Positions 1 through 9,434 of a stretch of 64,000 nucleotides of DNA are shown in pieces. The DNA comes from Actinomycetota bacterium. GTDB lineage: Bacteria; Actinomycetota; Thermoleophilia; Gaiellales; Gaiellaceae. A program made the position numbers and the translations under genes. The notes under the pieces are model-generated. The model was given only the letters and a program-made list of their open reading frames with translations. It was not told the origin of the DNA and searched no databases. Within the stretch, counting starts at the first letter, position 1. Every line of letters begins with the position of its first letter. The stretch covers positions 536 through 64,535 of the forward strand of contig JBKPRX010000011.1 of NCBI GenBank assembly GCA_046734795.1, in the 5' to 3' direction.

Positions 1-1030
1 CGAGCAAGTCGTGCCTTCGGATCTGGCCGAGGAGCGCGGTGCTGTCGCCCGTCGTGAACGGCCGCGCAGTCACGGGCCGCCACGGCTTGCGCTTGAGCTC
101 GGGTCGATCGAGCTCGGCGAGCTCGGCGAGGTCGGCGAGGCCGAGCGGTGCCGCCGACTCGTACACGAGGTCCGGCTCGATCGCGAGCTCGTCTCGCAGG
201 ACCTCGCGGATCTCCGGCGGCGTCGCCGCGGTGACCTCGAGCCGCACGACGTCGCCGAAGCGCCGTTGCCGCAATCCGATCTCCAACGCCTCCAGCAGGT
301 CGTCGGCGTCGCTCGCGACGGACAAGTCGGCATCGCGCGTCACCCGGAAGACGCCGTGGGCCAGAACCTCGCTCGCTCCGACGAGCGTCGGCAGGAAGAA
401 GACGATCGCCTCCTCGATCGAAACGAGGCCGCCGCGCCCGACGTCGAGGAAGCGCGGTACGTCCTGCGGGACGCTGATGTAGACAAACCGCGTCTCGGCT
501 CCGCCGCCGACGCGGACCGCGACGTTCAGCGCAAGCGACTGCACGTGCGGGAAGAGGACGTCCGGGTCCGGGGCGATCGGCGTCAGAAGCGGCAGCACCT
601 CGCGCTCGAATCGCTTGGTCAGGGCGCGCAGCTCGCGGGGACGGCACTCCGCCGCGGTTTGCACGCGGACTCCTTCGTCGACGAGCGCAGGCCGGAGCTC
701 GTCGAGCCAGAGCGCGTCCTGGGTTTCTTGGAAGTGAACGATCGCTCGGCGCGCATCGCCGAGCGTCTGCATCGGCGTACGGCCGTCGGGCGCTCTCCGC
801 GTGACGCCGCTCGCTGCGAGGTCGTTGAGCTCGGCCATCCGTACCGCAAAGAACTCGTCCAGGTTCGAGGAGGCGATGGAGCAGAACCGGACTCGATCGA
901 GGAGCGGGAGCGACGGGTCGGCGGCGAGGCCGAGCACCCGGAGGTCGAACTCGATCCACGACAGCTCGCGGTTGAGGAAGTGGCGAACCGGGATCCTGGC
1001 CGGGTCGCGAAGGCGGGCCTCGCGGCTCAC
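1..1030 (-). CDS. ppk: polyphosphate kinase 1, N-terminal part (3' end outside window)
   Basis: Absent from the ORF track because it runs off the window. Reverse-strand translation from GTG at 1030 reads VSREARLRDPARIPVRHFLNRELSWIEFDLRVLGLAADPSLPLLDRVRFCSIASSNLDEFFAVRMAEL... and is still open at base 1 (...GQIRRHDLL). The NRELSW and SNLDEFF motifs are typical of PPK1. The + ORF 11..1081 is its antisense shadow. Confidence 0.85.
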   Translation of the reverse strand, partial: MSREARLRDPARIPVRHFLNRELSWIEFDLRVLGLAADPSLPLLDRVRFCSIASSNLDEFFAVRMAELNDLAASGVTRRAPDGRTPMQTLGDARRAIVHFQETQDALWLDELRPALVDEGVRVQTAAECRPRELRALTKRFEREVLPLLTPIAPDPDVLFPHVQSLALNVAVRVGGGAETRFVYISVPQDVPRFLDVGRGGLVSIEEAIVFFLPTLVGASEVLAHGVFRVTRDADLSVASDADDLLEALEIGLRQRRFGDVVRLEVTAATPPEIREVLRDELAIEPDLVYESAAPLGLADLAELAELDRPELKRKPWRPVTARPFTTGDSTALLGQIRRHDLL

Positions 1031-1220
1031 GTCATGAGTCTCGCGCAGCCGACCGGCGGCTGGATCATCCCCCCAGGGTGAAGAAGTGGTGAACTCGCCC
1101 GCAGCATCTCCTCGAATCCTCCAGAAAGGGCGAGCGCAAAGCACTGGACGGACGGCCAGACTGCGACGCACGCGCCTCGCGGTACGGTTGCTCGTGCTAC
1201 CCCCCGATTGCGAGGGCTGA

Positions 1221-3050
1221 TTGGTGGCCTCGATCGCGGCTCCTGCCCTGAAGGCGGAAAACCCAGCGAAGTCCGTGTTCCTGCTCAGCGGGCTTTGCCT
1301 GCTGGGCGGATTCGCCGCGACGGCGACTGCGCTTCGCCTCGGTGACCGGTCCGATCTCAGTCCCGATGCCCTCTCGTACGTCCGGGGCGTCGCTGTCGCC
1401 CTGAACGTCTTCGTCGGCGCCTACCTCATCTGGCGCCGACCTGACGGCCGCTTCGGCCTCTATCTCGCGGGAACGGGTCTCATCTACGCGGTCGCCGCCC
1501 TCAACGCGTCCGACGACGATCTCGCGCACACGATCGGCCGGCTCGCGTTCGCTGTCTACGTGGTCGCGCTCGCGTACGTGCTCCTTGCCTACCCGCACGA
1601 TGCGCTCGGCTCGAGACCCGAGCGCAGGCTGATCGCCGCACTCTGCATCGGCTCGGCCGCGCTCTGGCTCGTAGCGATCCCGTTCATCCACCTGCTGCCG
1701 GTCGCCGGCGCGTTGACGGACTGCAGCGCTCACTGCCCCGACAACGCCTTTCAAGTCGTAACGACCTCGCACGCAGTCTCCCGGACGCTTGAGATCGCGG
1801 TCGCGATGTGGACGGCAGCCGCCCTGCTCGCAGTCGGCGTCGTCCTCACCATGAAGATGCGATCGCCATCGCGGCTTCGCAGACGCCTGGTTGTCCCGCT
1901 GCTTCTCTGCGGGGCCGTTCTCGCCGTCTATTACTCGGTGTTCACGGTTCTGAGCGAGCTCGGCGTCGAGACGGGAGCCGGCTTCCGGATCTTGGCCGCC
2001 GCAGTCACGCTGGCGATTCCCGCGGTGATGTTCGTCGGCCAGGTACGCGGGCGCGTTTTTGCGGCGACGAGCCTCGGCCGCCTTGCGACGGAGGTCGCGG
2101 ACGATCCGGTCTCCGCGGCACACATCGAGCTGAATCTGCGCGAGGCGCTCGGCGATCCGACCTTGCTGCTCGGGCTCTGGGACGCTCGGCGGGGCAGCTA
2201 CGTCGACGTCCACGGTGAGACGTTCGAGGTGCCGGCGCCCGGCCCGGAAATCGGAGTCACGTATGTGGAGCGGGACGGCCGTCCGTTTGCGGCACTCGTC
2301 CACGACTCGTTGCTCGACGAGGCGTCGGGTGTTGCACGCGGTCTCGCGGCGACGTCGCTGCTGCTGCTCGAGCACACGCAGCTGATCGAAGAGCTGCGAG
2401 CCTCGCGGGCGCGCGTCGCAGCCTCGCAACAAGAAGAGCGAGTGCGGCTCGAGCGCGACCTCCACGACGGTGCGCAGCAGCGGCTTTTCGCGATCCAGAT
2501 CAAGGTCGACGCACTCGAGCACCGGGTCGACGATCCGGTGCTCGCGCACGAGCTGGCCGACATCGCGCTCGATGCCGCGGCCGCCGTCGAGGAGCTTCGC
2601 ACGCTCGCCCACGGGCTCTATCCGGCGCTTCTGCGCGAGCGCGGACTGCCCGACGCCCTTCGTTCGGTTGCGATCGGCGCTGCGATCCCGGTGAAGATCG
2701 TCGACGTCGGGATCGGTCGGTGCGCGCCGGCGATCGAAGAAGCTGTCTACTACTGCGCCCGCGAAGCGATCCAGAACGCAACGAAGCACGGCGGACAGGG
2801 CGTGCGCGTCACGGTAACGCTCGAGCGACGCGGCGACGATCTCGAGGCGACGATCGCCGACGACGGTTGCGGCTTCGACCTCGACGAGCATTCAGACGGG
2901 ATCGGCCTCGTCGGCATGCACGACCGGCTCGGTTCGTTCGGCGAGCTCGAGATCAGGTCGCGGCCCGGAAGCGGAACGACCGTGCACGCCGTCGTTCCCG
3001 GCTGCTGGGCAACCGACGGGGCCGGTCCCGCCGCGACGCCGGCGAGCTGA
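1221..3050 (+). CDS. sensor histidine kinase (multi-TM N-terminus, HisKA_3 + HATPase_c)
   Basis: The N-terminal ~330 aa are hydrophobic helices. It then carries the HisKA_3 box EERVRLERDLHDGAQQRL and ATPase motifs QNATKHG, DDGCGF and GIGLVGMHDRL...GSGTTV. No cognate response regulator is adjacent. The exact start (TTG 1221 or GTG 1224) is uncertain. Confidence 0.9.
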   Translation: MVASIAAPALKAENPAKSVFLLSGLCLLGGFAATATALRLGDRSDLSPDALSYVRGVAVALNVFVGAYLIWRRPDGRFGLYLAGTGLIYAVAALNASDDDLAHTIGRLAFAVYVVALAYVLLAYPHDALGSRPERRLIAALCIGSAALWLVAIPFIHLLPVAGALTDCSAHCPDNAFQVVTTSHAVSRTLEIAVAMWTAAALLAVGVVLTMKMRSPSRLRRRLVVPLLLCGAVLAVYYSVFTVLSELGVETGAGFRILAAAVTLAIPAVMFVGQVRGRVFAATSLGRLATEVADDPVSAAHIELNLREALGDPTLLLGLWDARRGSYVDVHGETFEVPAPGPEIGVTYVERDGRPFAALVHDSLLDEASGVARGLAATSLLLLEHTQLIEELRASRARVAASQQEERVRLERDLHDGAQQRLFAIQIKVDALEHRVDDPVLAHELADIALDAAAAVEELRTLAHGLYPALLRERGLPDALRSVAIGAAIPVKIVDVGIGRCAPAIEEAVYYCAREAIQNATKHGGQGVRVTVTLERRGDDLEATIADDGCGFDLDEHSDGIGLVGMHDRLGSFGELEIRSRPGSGTTVHAVVPGCWATDGAGPAATPAS

Positions 3051-3118
3051 TCGCCCCAACGTTCGTTCGAACTGGATGACGATCCGCCGTTCGCCTTGAG
3101 CTTCGATCGAACGGAGCC

Positions 3119-3922
3119 GTGGACAAGGCGACAGCCGATGAACGCGTGCTCCGGATCACGTGGTTCGGACACAGCACAGTCCTCGTGGAGTTGGACGGCG
3201 TCAGGCTGCTCACGGATCCGATCCTGCGCGGTCGGCTTGCGCACCTTCGGCGCGTCGCGGAGCGCATCGACCTCGCGACGGCTCGGCAAGTCGACACGGT
3301 CCTTGTCTCGCACGCGCATCACGACCACCTCGACCTCCTCTCGCTCAGGCGTCTCGGTCGGACGATTCCGATCGTCGTGCCGCTCGGAACGCGCGGCATG
3401 CTCGCGCGCCGCGGCTTCTCGAGAGTGACCGAGGTCGCCGTCGGCGACGAAATCTCGGTCGGTCGGGTCGCAGTGACGGCGACGTACGCCGATCACCACG
3501 TGAAGCGCTATCCGTTGAGCGGTGTCGCGACCGCAGTCGGCTACGTCCTCAGCGGCTCCGCGCGCGTCTACTTCGCCGGAGACACGGATCTCTTCGACGG
3601 GATGCGCGACCTCTCGCCGAACCTCGACGTGGCGCTCGTCCCGATCTCCGGCTGGGGCCCGCGCGTCCCGGCCGGACATCTCAATCCGGAACGCGCCGCC
3701 GCGGCGCTCGCGCTGCTTCGTCCGAAGGTTGCGGTTCCGATCCACTGGGGCACGTACCGAAGATTCGGCCTCGAACGCGCGGAGCCGTCTCTGCGCGAAC
3801 CGGCCGAGACGTTTACGGAGCTCGCGGGCGCAGCTGCCCCGGATGTGTCGGTTCGCGTGCTGCCCGTGGGTGGCACGCTCGAGCTTCCTGTTGCTTCCGC
3901 AACCGTCGAGGTGCGATCGTGA
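3119..3922 (+). CDS. MBL-fold metallo-hydrolase
   Basis: Carries the HxHxDH metal motif (SHAHHDHLD) and a later GDTD motif. The length of 267 aa is typical for the family. Confidence 0.85.
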   Translation: MDKATADERVLRITWFGHSTVLVELDGVRLLTDPILRGRLAHLRRVAERIDLATARQVDTVLVSHAHHDHLDLLSLRRLGRTIPIVVPLGTRGMLARRGFSRVTEVAVGDEISVGRVAVTATYADHHVKRYPLSGVATAVGYVLSGSARVYFAGDTDLFDGMRDLSPNLDVALVPISGWGPRVPAGHLNPERAAAALALLRPKVAVPIHWGTYRRFGLERAEPSLREPAETFTELAGAAAPDVSVRVLPVGGTLELPVASATVEVRS

Positions 3923-5937
3923 GCACGGTGAGCACTGCGGCGCGAGTACCGGAAAGGCCACGCATCCGCTTCGTGCGGTTGCTCGTGGCGTGGCTCCTCT
4001 CGTCCGCTTCGCTCTTCGTCGCCGCGCTCGTCGTCCCCGGTGTCTCGATCCACGGGAAGGGCGGCACGCTGCTCGCGGCAGCTCTGATCGCGCTCCTGAA
4101 CGCGATCCTGCCGCCGGTGCTCGCCGCCGTGCGGCTGCCGTTCACGCTCGTGCTCGGCTTCGTGCTCGTACTCGTACTCGACGCGTTCATGTTCTTGCTC
4201 GTCGACCGCTTCGTGCCGTCGGTGTTCGAGGTCAGCTCGTTCTGGGCGGCGCTCGCGGCGGCGTTCGTCGCGGCCGCCGTCTCGGCGGCGCTCGATCCGA
4301 TCTTTCGAACGAACGACGACGAGATGTACATGCTCCGCGTCACGCAGAGGATCGCGCGCCGAACCGGCGGCCAGATCGCGACGAGCGTGCCGGGGATCGT
4401 GTTCCTCGAGATCGACGGACTGGCGCTGCCGGTCCTGCGCCGCGCGATGCGCGACGGAAACGCGCCCGAGATGGCGAAATGGATCGCCGACGGCGGCTAT
4501 CGACTGACCGAGTGGGAGACGGACCTGTCGTCGCAAACCGGCGCGAGCCAAGCCGGGATCTTGCTCGGGACGAACGAGGACATCCCGGCCTTCAGGTGGA
4601 TCGAGAAGGAGACCGGTCGCGCGATGACGTGCTCGAAGCCCGACGATTGCGCAGAGATCGAGCGGCGGTGCGCGACCGGGACCGGCCTCTTGCGCGACGG
4701 GGGCGCGAGCCGCGGCAACCTCCTCTCGGGCGAAGCCGAGCACATGATCCTCACCGTCAGCCGCATCAACGAGGAGAAGCGCGCGAACCCCGGGTACCGC
4801 GTCTTCTTCGCGAACGGGTTCAACGTCATGCGCACGCTCGTCCTGTTCTTCTGGGAAGTGATCCTCGAGTGGACGGCGGCGGCGCGCAGCAAGCGTCGCG
4901 ACGTGCGCCCGCGCGGCCACCGCGGCGGCGCGTATCCGTTCATGCGCGCGGCGATGTGCGTCGTTGTGCGCGACTTGATCGTCTACGGCGTCATCTCCGA
5001 CATGATGAAAGGACGTCCAGCGGTCTACGCGACGTTCTCGAGCTATGACGAGGTGGCTCACCATTCGGGGCTCGAGCGTGCCGACACACTCGAAGCGCTC
5101 CGCAAGCTCGATCAACAGTTCGGGCGGATCGCTCGCGCGCGGCGGTACACGCCGCGGCCCTACGAGATCGTCGTCCTTTCGGACCACGGTCAGACTCAGG
5201 GCGCGACCTTCCTCCAACGAAACGGCTACGACCTCGCCGAGCTCGTCACGCGCTCGCTTGCGACCGGCACCGCCGGGAAGCTCGAGGCGGGCGACGAGAA
5301 CGACGCAATGGTGGGTCATGCGGTGCAAGAGGCAACGAGCGGGGGCGGCGGCAGCGAGGGGAGCCGGCAGGCGCCGGAGCGTGAGGCAGCCGTGCTCGCG
5401 TCCGGCAACCTCGGGCTCGTCTATCTCCTGGAAGAGCCTCGACGACTGACGCTCGAGGAGATCGAGGAGCGCCACCCGAACCTGATCGAAACGCTGCGCG
5501 CGCATCCGCACGTCGGTTTTCTGCTCGTCCGCTCGTCCGAGCACGGACCGCTCGTTCTCGGCGCGGACGGGGTTCGGTATCTCTCCGACGACCGGATCGA
5601 AGGTGAAGACCCGCTTGCGGATTTCTCGGAGAACGCCGCGCAGCACTTGCGCCGCACGGACTCGTTCCCGCACGTCGCGGACATCATGGTCAACAGCTTC
5701 TACGACCCGCAGATCGACGAAGGCTGCGCGTTCGAAGAGCTGATCTCGTTCCATGGAGGCCTCGGCGGCCCGCAGACTCGGCCGTTCATCCTGCACCCGC
5801 CGACGTTGCCGGTGGCCGACGAGCCGATCGTCGGCGCCGCGTCGGTGCACGAGCTGCTGAACGGCTGGCGCGCTGCGCTTCAGAGTCCGCATGCCGCCCC
5901 GTCCGCCGAGCCCGAGACGGCCGCCGCGACCACGTAG
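3919..5937 (+). CDS. membrane protein: holin-family-4-like 4-TM domain fused to alkaline phosphatase/nucleotide pyrophosphatase-family domain
   Basis: The real part of track ORF 3160..5937 begins at GTG 3919, which overlaps the upstream stop as GTGA. The N-terminus RFVRLLVAWLLSSASLFVAALVVPGVSI...LNAILPPVLAAVRLPFTLVLGFVLVLVLDAFMF resembles the standalone gene at 46598. The C-terminal ~480 aa look like an AlkP-superfamily phosphodiesterase (SSYDEVAHHSG, VVLSDHGQTQG). Confidence 0.8.
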   Translation: MSTVSTAARVPERPRIRFVRLLVAWLLSSASLFVAALVVPGVSIHGKGGTLLAAALIALLNAILPPVLAAVRLPFTLVLGFVLVLVLDAFMFLLVDRFVPSVFEVSSFWAALAAAFVAAAVSAALDPIFRTNDDEMYMLRVTQRIARRTGGQIATSVPGIVFLEIDGLALPVLRRAMRDGNAPEMAKWIADGGYRLTEWETDLSSQTGASQAGILLGTNEDIPAFRWIEKETGRAMTCSKPDDCAEIERRCATGTGLLRDGGASRGNLLSGEAEHMILTVSRINEEKRANPGYRVFFANGFNVMRTLVLFFWEVILEWTAAARSKRRDVRPRGHRGGAYPFMRAAMCVVVRDLIVYGVISDMMKGRPAVYATFSSYDEVAHHSGLERADTLEALRKLDQQFGRIARARRYTPRPYEIVVLSDHGQTQGATFLQRNGYDLAELVTRSLATGTAGKLEAGDENDAMVGHAVQEATSGGGGSEGSRQAPEREAAVLASGNLGLVYLLEEPRRLTLEEIEERHPNLIETLRAHPHVGFLLVRSSEHGPLVLGADGVRYLSDDRIEGEDPLADFSENAAQHLRRTDSFPHVADIMVNSFYDPQIDEGCAFEELISFHGGLGGPQTRPFILHPPTLPVADEPIVGAASVHELLNGWRAALQSPHAAPSAEPETAAATT

Positions 5938-6022
5938 CGCGCAACCACTTCATCCGGTTCGGGCGATGAATTCAACGCGCCGACCGACGATCGTGGCCGC
6001 AGTCCGACGAGAGGAGCGAACG

Positions 6023-6571
6023 ATGGCGATTGGACCGGTACAGCTGCTTGTACTCGGATTCGTCGAACCGAACTTCCAAGGCGAGGTCGTCGCCGAACTG
6101 CAACGGCTGCGCGAGAACGACATGGTGCGCGTGATCGACGCGCTCGCCGTCTTCAAGCACGAAGACGGAGAAATCGAAACGCTGAAGATGAGCAACCTGA
6201 CGCAGGACGAAGCCGTCGAGCTCGGCGCCACGATCGGCGCGCTCATCGGACTGGGCGCCGCGGGCGAAGAAGGCGCCGAGGAATACGCGCTCGCGGGCGC
6301 CGAGGCTGCGGCAGAGGGCGGCGTCGACGTTTTCAGCGAAGGCGAGGAATGGGACGTTCTCGGCGACATCCCGCCGAACACCGCTGCGGCAATGATCCTG
6401 CTCGAGCACCATTGGGCCATCGGGCTGCGCGACGCGATCGGACGCGCCGGTGGGTTCCGCGTCGGCGAAGGCTTCATCAGCCCGTTCGACCTCGTCGCGG
6501 TCGGTCTGCTCGAGGCAGAAGAAGCGAAGCGGCTGGAAGAGCTCGCGGCTGCCGCCACGCCTTCGGGCTGA
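6023..6571 (+). CDS. conserved hypothetical protein (DUF6325/DUF1269-like)
   Basis: ATG 6023 is preceded by GAGGAG (6011-6016). The product MAIGPVQLLVLGFVEPNFQGEVVAELQRLRENDMVRVIDALAVFK... has an acidic Gly/Ala-rich middle. The family assignment is from memory only. Confidence 0.7.
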   Translation: MAIGPVQLLVLGFVEPNFQGEVVAELQRLRENDMVRVIDALAVFKHEDGEIETLKMSNLTQDEAVELGATIGALIGLGAAGEEGAEEYALAGAEAAAEGGVDVFSEGEEWDVLGDIPPNTAAAMILLEHHWAIGLRDAIGRAGGFRVGEGFISPFDLVAVGLLEAEEAKRLEELAAAATPSG

Positions 6572-6745
6572 GCTAGAAGCGGCTCGAGCGACGGCCGAGG
6601 CGCCGGGTCCCGACCGCCCGCAGCGGAGGGCCCGGCGCCGGCGATCGAGCCCGGGCGTCCTCGCGCGCGTTCATCCCGGGAGGGTGACGATGTCGACGCC
6701 TGGCAGCGCGAGGATCCTTGTGATCCTCGACTGAAGGAGGCCGGC

Positions 6746-7129
6746 GTGGTTGCGACGACGTTCTGGGAGACGTTCTTCCTCTTGCTCCTCTTCCTGCCGC
6801 TCGTGATGGTCTGGGCGTTCGCGCTCATCGACATCTTCCGGAGAGACGACATCAACGGCGTGTGGAAGGCGCTCTGGGTCGTCGCCGTGATCGTGCTTCC
6901 CTTCCTCGGGACGCTCGTCTACCTGATCGCGCGTAAGCCGGGCGCCACACCTCAGGAGCGCGCCATGCTGGACGAGACGGGCCAGCGGTGGCAGGCCGGA
7001 ACCGCCGAGGACGGCGTCGCCGCGTTGAGCCGGCTCGCCGACCTGCACGACCGCGGCAAGATCACAGACAGCGAGTTCGCCGCCGAGAAAGCAAGGCTTC
7101 TTGGCACCGGAGCTTCGGTGCCGGCATAG
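6746..7129 (+). CDS. PLDc_N domain membrane protein with C-terminal SHOCT domain
   Basis: The two-TM N-terminus has the PLDc_N-type signature (WAFALIDIFRRDDINGVWKALWVVAVIVLPFLGTLVYLI). The C-terminus LSRLADLHDRGKITDSEFAAEKARLLG is SHOCT-like. GTG start is preceded by GAAGGAGG. Confidence 0.85.
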   Translation: MVATTFWETFFLLLLFLPLVMVWAFALIDIFRRDDINGVWKALWVVAVIVLPFLGTLVYLIARKPGATPQERAMLDETGQRWQAGTAEDGVAALSRLADLHDRGKITDSEFAAEKARLLGTGASVPA

Positions 7130-7167
7130 GTGCGCGACACAAACGACGACACGAGAAAGGAGGCGAC

Positions 7168-7395
7168 GTGGAGGACGACGACGAACAGGGGCTCGGCGCG
7201 CGACTCTGGCTGACCATCATCGGGATCGGGGTCGGCGCAGTGATCGCAGCGATGCTGTTTCTCTTCCTCTTCGGTCGGGTCTGGTACGCGTGGGGCTTCT
7301 TTGGCGCGTTCCTCTTTTTCGGCGCGATCCTGATCGGGATCGGCTGGATCTACGACCGGCGCGAACGAAGTAGGCGCAAGCGGCTTGCCGCCTAG
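7168..7395 (+). CDS. small membrane protein (2 TM, 75 aa)
   Basis: GTG 7168 is preceded by AAAGGAGG. The acidic N-terminus VEDDDEQG is followed by two hydrophobic helices and a basic tail. No family recognised. Confidence 0.6.
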   Translation: MEDDDEQGLGARLWLTIIGIGVGAVIAAMLFLFLFGRVWYAWGFFGAFLFFGAILIGIGWIYDRRERSRRKRLAA

Positions 7396-9043
7396 CGCTG
7401 GAGCATCGGCCGCGACGGCGAGCGTCGCTTCCGCGGAGCGCTCGAGCGGCGCGACGCTCGTGCTGTTCACGCTCGCCGCCGGGCAGTTTCTGATGACGCT
7501 CGACAGCTCGGTGATGAACGTGTCGATCGCGACCGTTGCAAAGGACGTCGGCACGACGGTCACCGGAATCCAGGGTGCGATCACGGCGTACACGCTCGTG
7601 ATGGCGGCGCTGATGATCACCGGAGCGAAGGTCGGAGCGATCATCGGTCGCAAGCGCGCGTTCACGATCGGCTGCGTGATCTACGGCTGCGGATCGTTCA
7701 CGACCTCGATCGCACCGAATCTTCCGGTCCTCTTGTTCGGCTGGTCGTTCCTCGAGGGAGTCGGCGCCGCCCTGATCCTGCCGGCGATCGTCGCACTCGT
7801 CGCCTCGAACTTTCCGCCGGTGCGGCGGCCCGCGGCGTATGGCCTCGTCGCCGCTGCGGGCGCCATCGCAGTTGCAGTCGGTCCGCTTCTCGGCGGCTTC
7901 TGCACGACGTACTTCTCGTGGCGCTGGGTCTTTGCCGGCGAGGTCGTCGTCGTGGCCTTCATCCTCCTCGCCGCCCGCCGGATCGCCGACGCGCCGGTCG
8001 TCAACCGTCCGAAGCTCGACCTCGTCGGCACCGTTCTCTCCGCCACCGGCCTCGGCCTCCTCGTCTTCGGTGTGCTGCGCTCGAGCGAGTGGGGCTGGAT
8101 TCACCCAAAGCCGGACGGGCCGTCGTGGGCGAACATCTCGCCGACGCTCTGGCTGATCCTGGCCGGCCTGACGATCATCTGGGTCTTCTCGCGCTGGGAA
8201 GCGCGACGTTACGACCAAGGCAAGGAAGTGCTCATCCGGCCCGGGATGCTCCGGAACCGGCAGCTCGGTGGGGGCCTCATCATGTTCTTCTTCCAGTACC
8301 TCGTCCAGGCCGGGCTCTTCTTCGTCGTGCCGCTCTACCTCTCGGTGTGCCTTGGGCTTTCGGCGCTCGCGACCGGAGCTCGGCTCTTGCCGCTGTCGCT
8401 CACATTGCTTCTCGCGGCGATCGGGATCCCGAAGGTCTTTCCGAAGGCGTCACCGCGCCTCGTCGTTCGTTGCGGCGTGTTCGCTCTCATGGCCGGCACC
8501 GTCGTGCTGCTCGCGCTCCTCGACGCGGACTCCGGGCCCGAAGTCGTGTTCGTTCCGATGCTCCTCGTCGGCCTGGGCGTGGGCGCGCTTGCGTCGCAGC
8601 TCGGCGCCGTGACGGTCTCCGCGGTCCCCGACGACGAAAGCCCGGAGGTCGGCGGCGTGCAGAACACGATGACGAACCTCGGAGCGTCGATGGGAACCGC
8701 ACTCGCCGGGTCGGTGATGATCGCCGCCGTCTCCACCGCGTTCCTCGCGAACATCCAGCAGAGCTCGGCGATTCCTTCGCGCGTGAAGTCGGAAGCGCAG
8801 GTTCAGCTCGCCGGTGGAGTCGCGTTCGTCTCGGACAGCGACCTGGAGTCGGCGCTCGACGATGCCAACGTCTCGCGCCGGACGACCGACGCGGCGCTCG
8901 CCGCCTATCAGACCGCACGCATCGACGGCCTCCAAACTGCGCTCGCAATCCTTGCTCTCGCCTCGCTCGTCGCGCTCTTCTATACGCAGCGCATCCCGAC
9001 GGTGGCGATTGGCTCATCTGCGTCAGAGGGGATCGCAGTTTGA
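7385..9043 (+). CDS. MFS transporter, DHA2 (14-TMS EmrB/QacA-like) family
   Basis: Has LDSSVMNVSIATVAKDVG and GKVGAIIGRKRAF motifs and about 14 hydrophobic segments. It is a paralog of 53753..55351. The true start may be downstream of the TTG at 7385. Confidence 0.9.
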   Translation: MPPSAGASAATASVASAERSSGATLVLFTLAAGQFLMTLDSSVMNVSIATVAKDVGTTVTGIQGAITAYTLVMAALMITGAKVGAIIGRKRAFTIGCVIYGCGSFTTSIAPNLPVLLFGWSFLEGVGAALILPAIVALVASNFPPVRRPAAYGLVAAAGAIAVAVGPLLGGFCTTYFSWRWVFAGEVVVVAFILLAARRIADAPVVNRPKLDLVGTVLSATGLGLLVFGVLRSSEWGWIHPKPDGPSWANISPTLWLILAGLTIIWVFSRWEARRYDQGKEVLIRPGMLRNRQLGGGLIMFFFQYLVQAGLFFVVPLYLSVCLGLSALATGARLLPLSLTLLLAAIGIPKVFPKASPRLVVRCGVFALMAGTVVLLALLDADSGPEVVFVPMLLVGLGVGALASQLGAVTVSAVPDDESPEVGGVQNTMTNLGASMGTALAGSVMIAAVSTAFLANIQQSSAIPSRVKSEAQVQLAGGVAFVSDSDLESALDDANVSRRTTDAALAAYQTARIDGLQTALAILALASLVALFYTQRIPTVAIGSSASEGIAV

Positions 9044-9091
9044 CCCGACCGCGTCATAGCTTCAGGCCGCGTCGCGGAGCATTGTTGACTT

Positions 9092-9382
9092 ATGAGGTTC
9101 GAGGCGACTCTCAACGACTTCGTGATCTTCGAACTCCCGTGCTCGGAGACGGCGATGCGCCTCTGCGGCTATCTCGGCGCGGAGCGGCCGGCCTGGCACG
9201 AGCCGGGCCTGGTTGTCAGCTGCGTGCGGGTGCTGCTGAGCCCGGAGCGGCGGGACCTCGCACAGCTCTTGCGCACCGTGCAGGAATGGCTCGACGGCAC
9301 GGAGATGGGTGCAGTTCCGTTCGAGCTCGACGGGCGGGCGTACTTCTTGCCGAGACGCCGCGTCCTGCAACGCACCTCCTGA
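9092..9382 (+). CDS. hypothetical protein (96 aa)
   Basis: Third-position GC is high throughout. No domain recognised and no obvious SD. It sits directly upstream of two PAS-LuxR genes. Confidence 0.5.
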   Translation: MRFEATLNDFVIFELPCSETAMRLCGYLGAERPAWHEPGLVVSCVRVLLSPERRDLAQLLRTVQEWLDGTEMGAVPFELDGRAYFLPRRRVLQRTS

Positions 9383-9434
9383 GCACGAGGGCGGCGCGCC
9401 GCCCCGCGGTTGCGATTCGAGGAGCGCCGGCGCG

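Noticed and set aside
11-1081. 356-aa + strand ORF at the left edge
   Set aside because: Its Arg/Glu/Asp-rich composition has no domain signature. The opposite strand in the same region encodes a textbook PPK1 N-terminus, so this ORF is an antisense shadow.
1197-2891. Long antisense or off-frame ORFs throughout the track, for example 1197..2891(-), 3568..5892(-), 12648..14303(-), 24538..25974(-), 26347..28407(-), 35314..36999(+), 36954..39020(-), 39093..40508(-), 47325..48467(-), 52817..53740(-) and 53721..54839(-)
   Set aside because: All are Arg/Asp/Glu/His/Pro-rich with no recognisable motifs. Each overlaps a domain-bearing gene on the other strand or frame. Such shadow ORFs are expected where stop codons are rare at about 70% GC.
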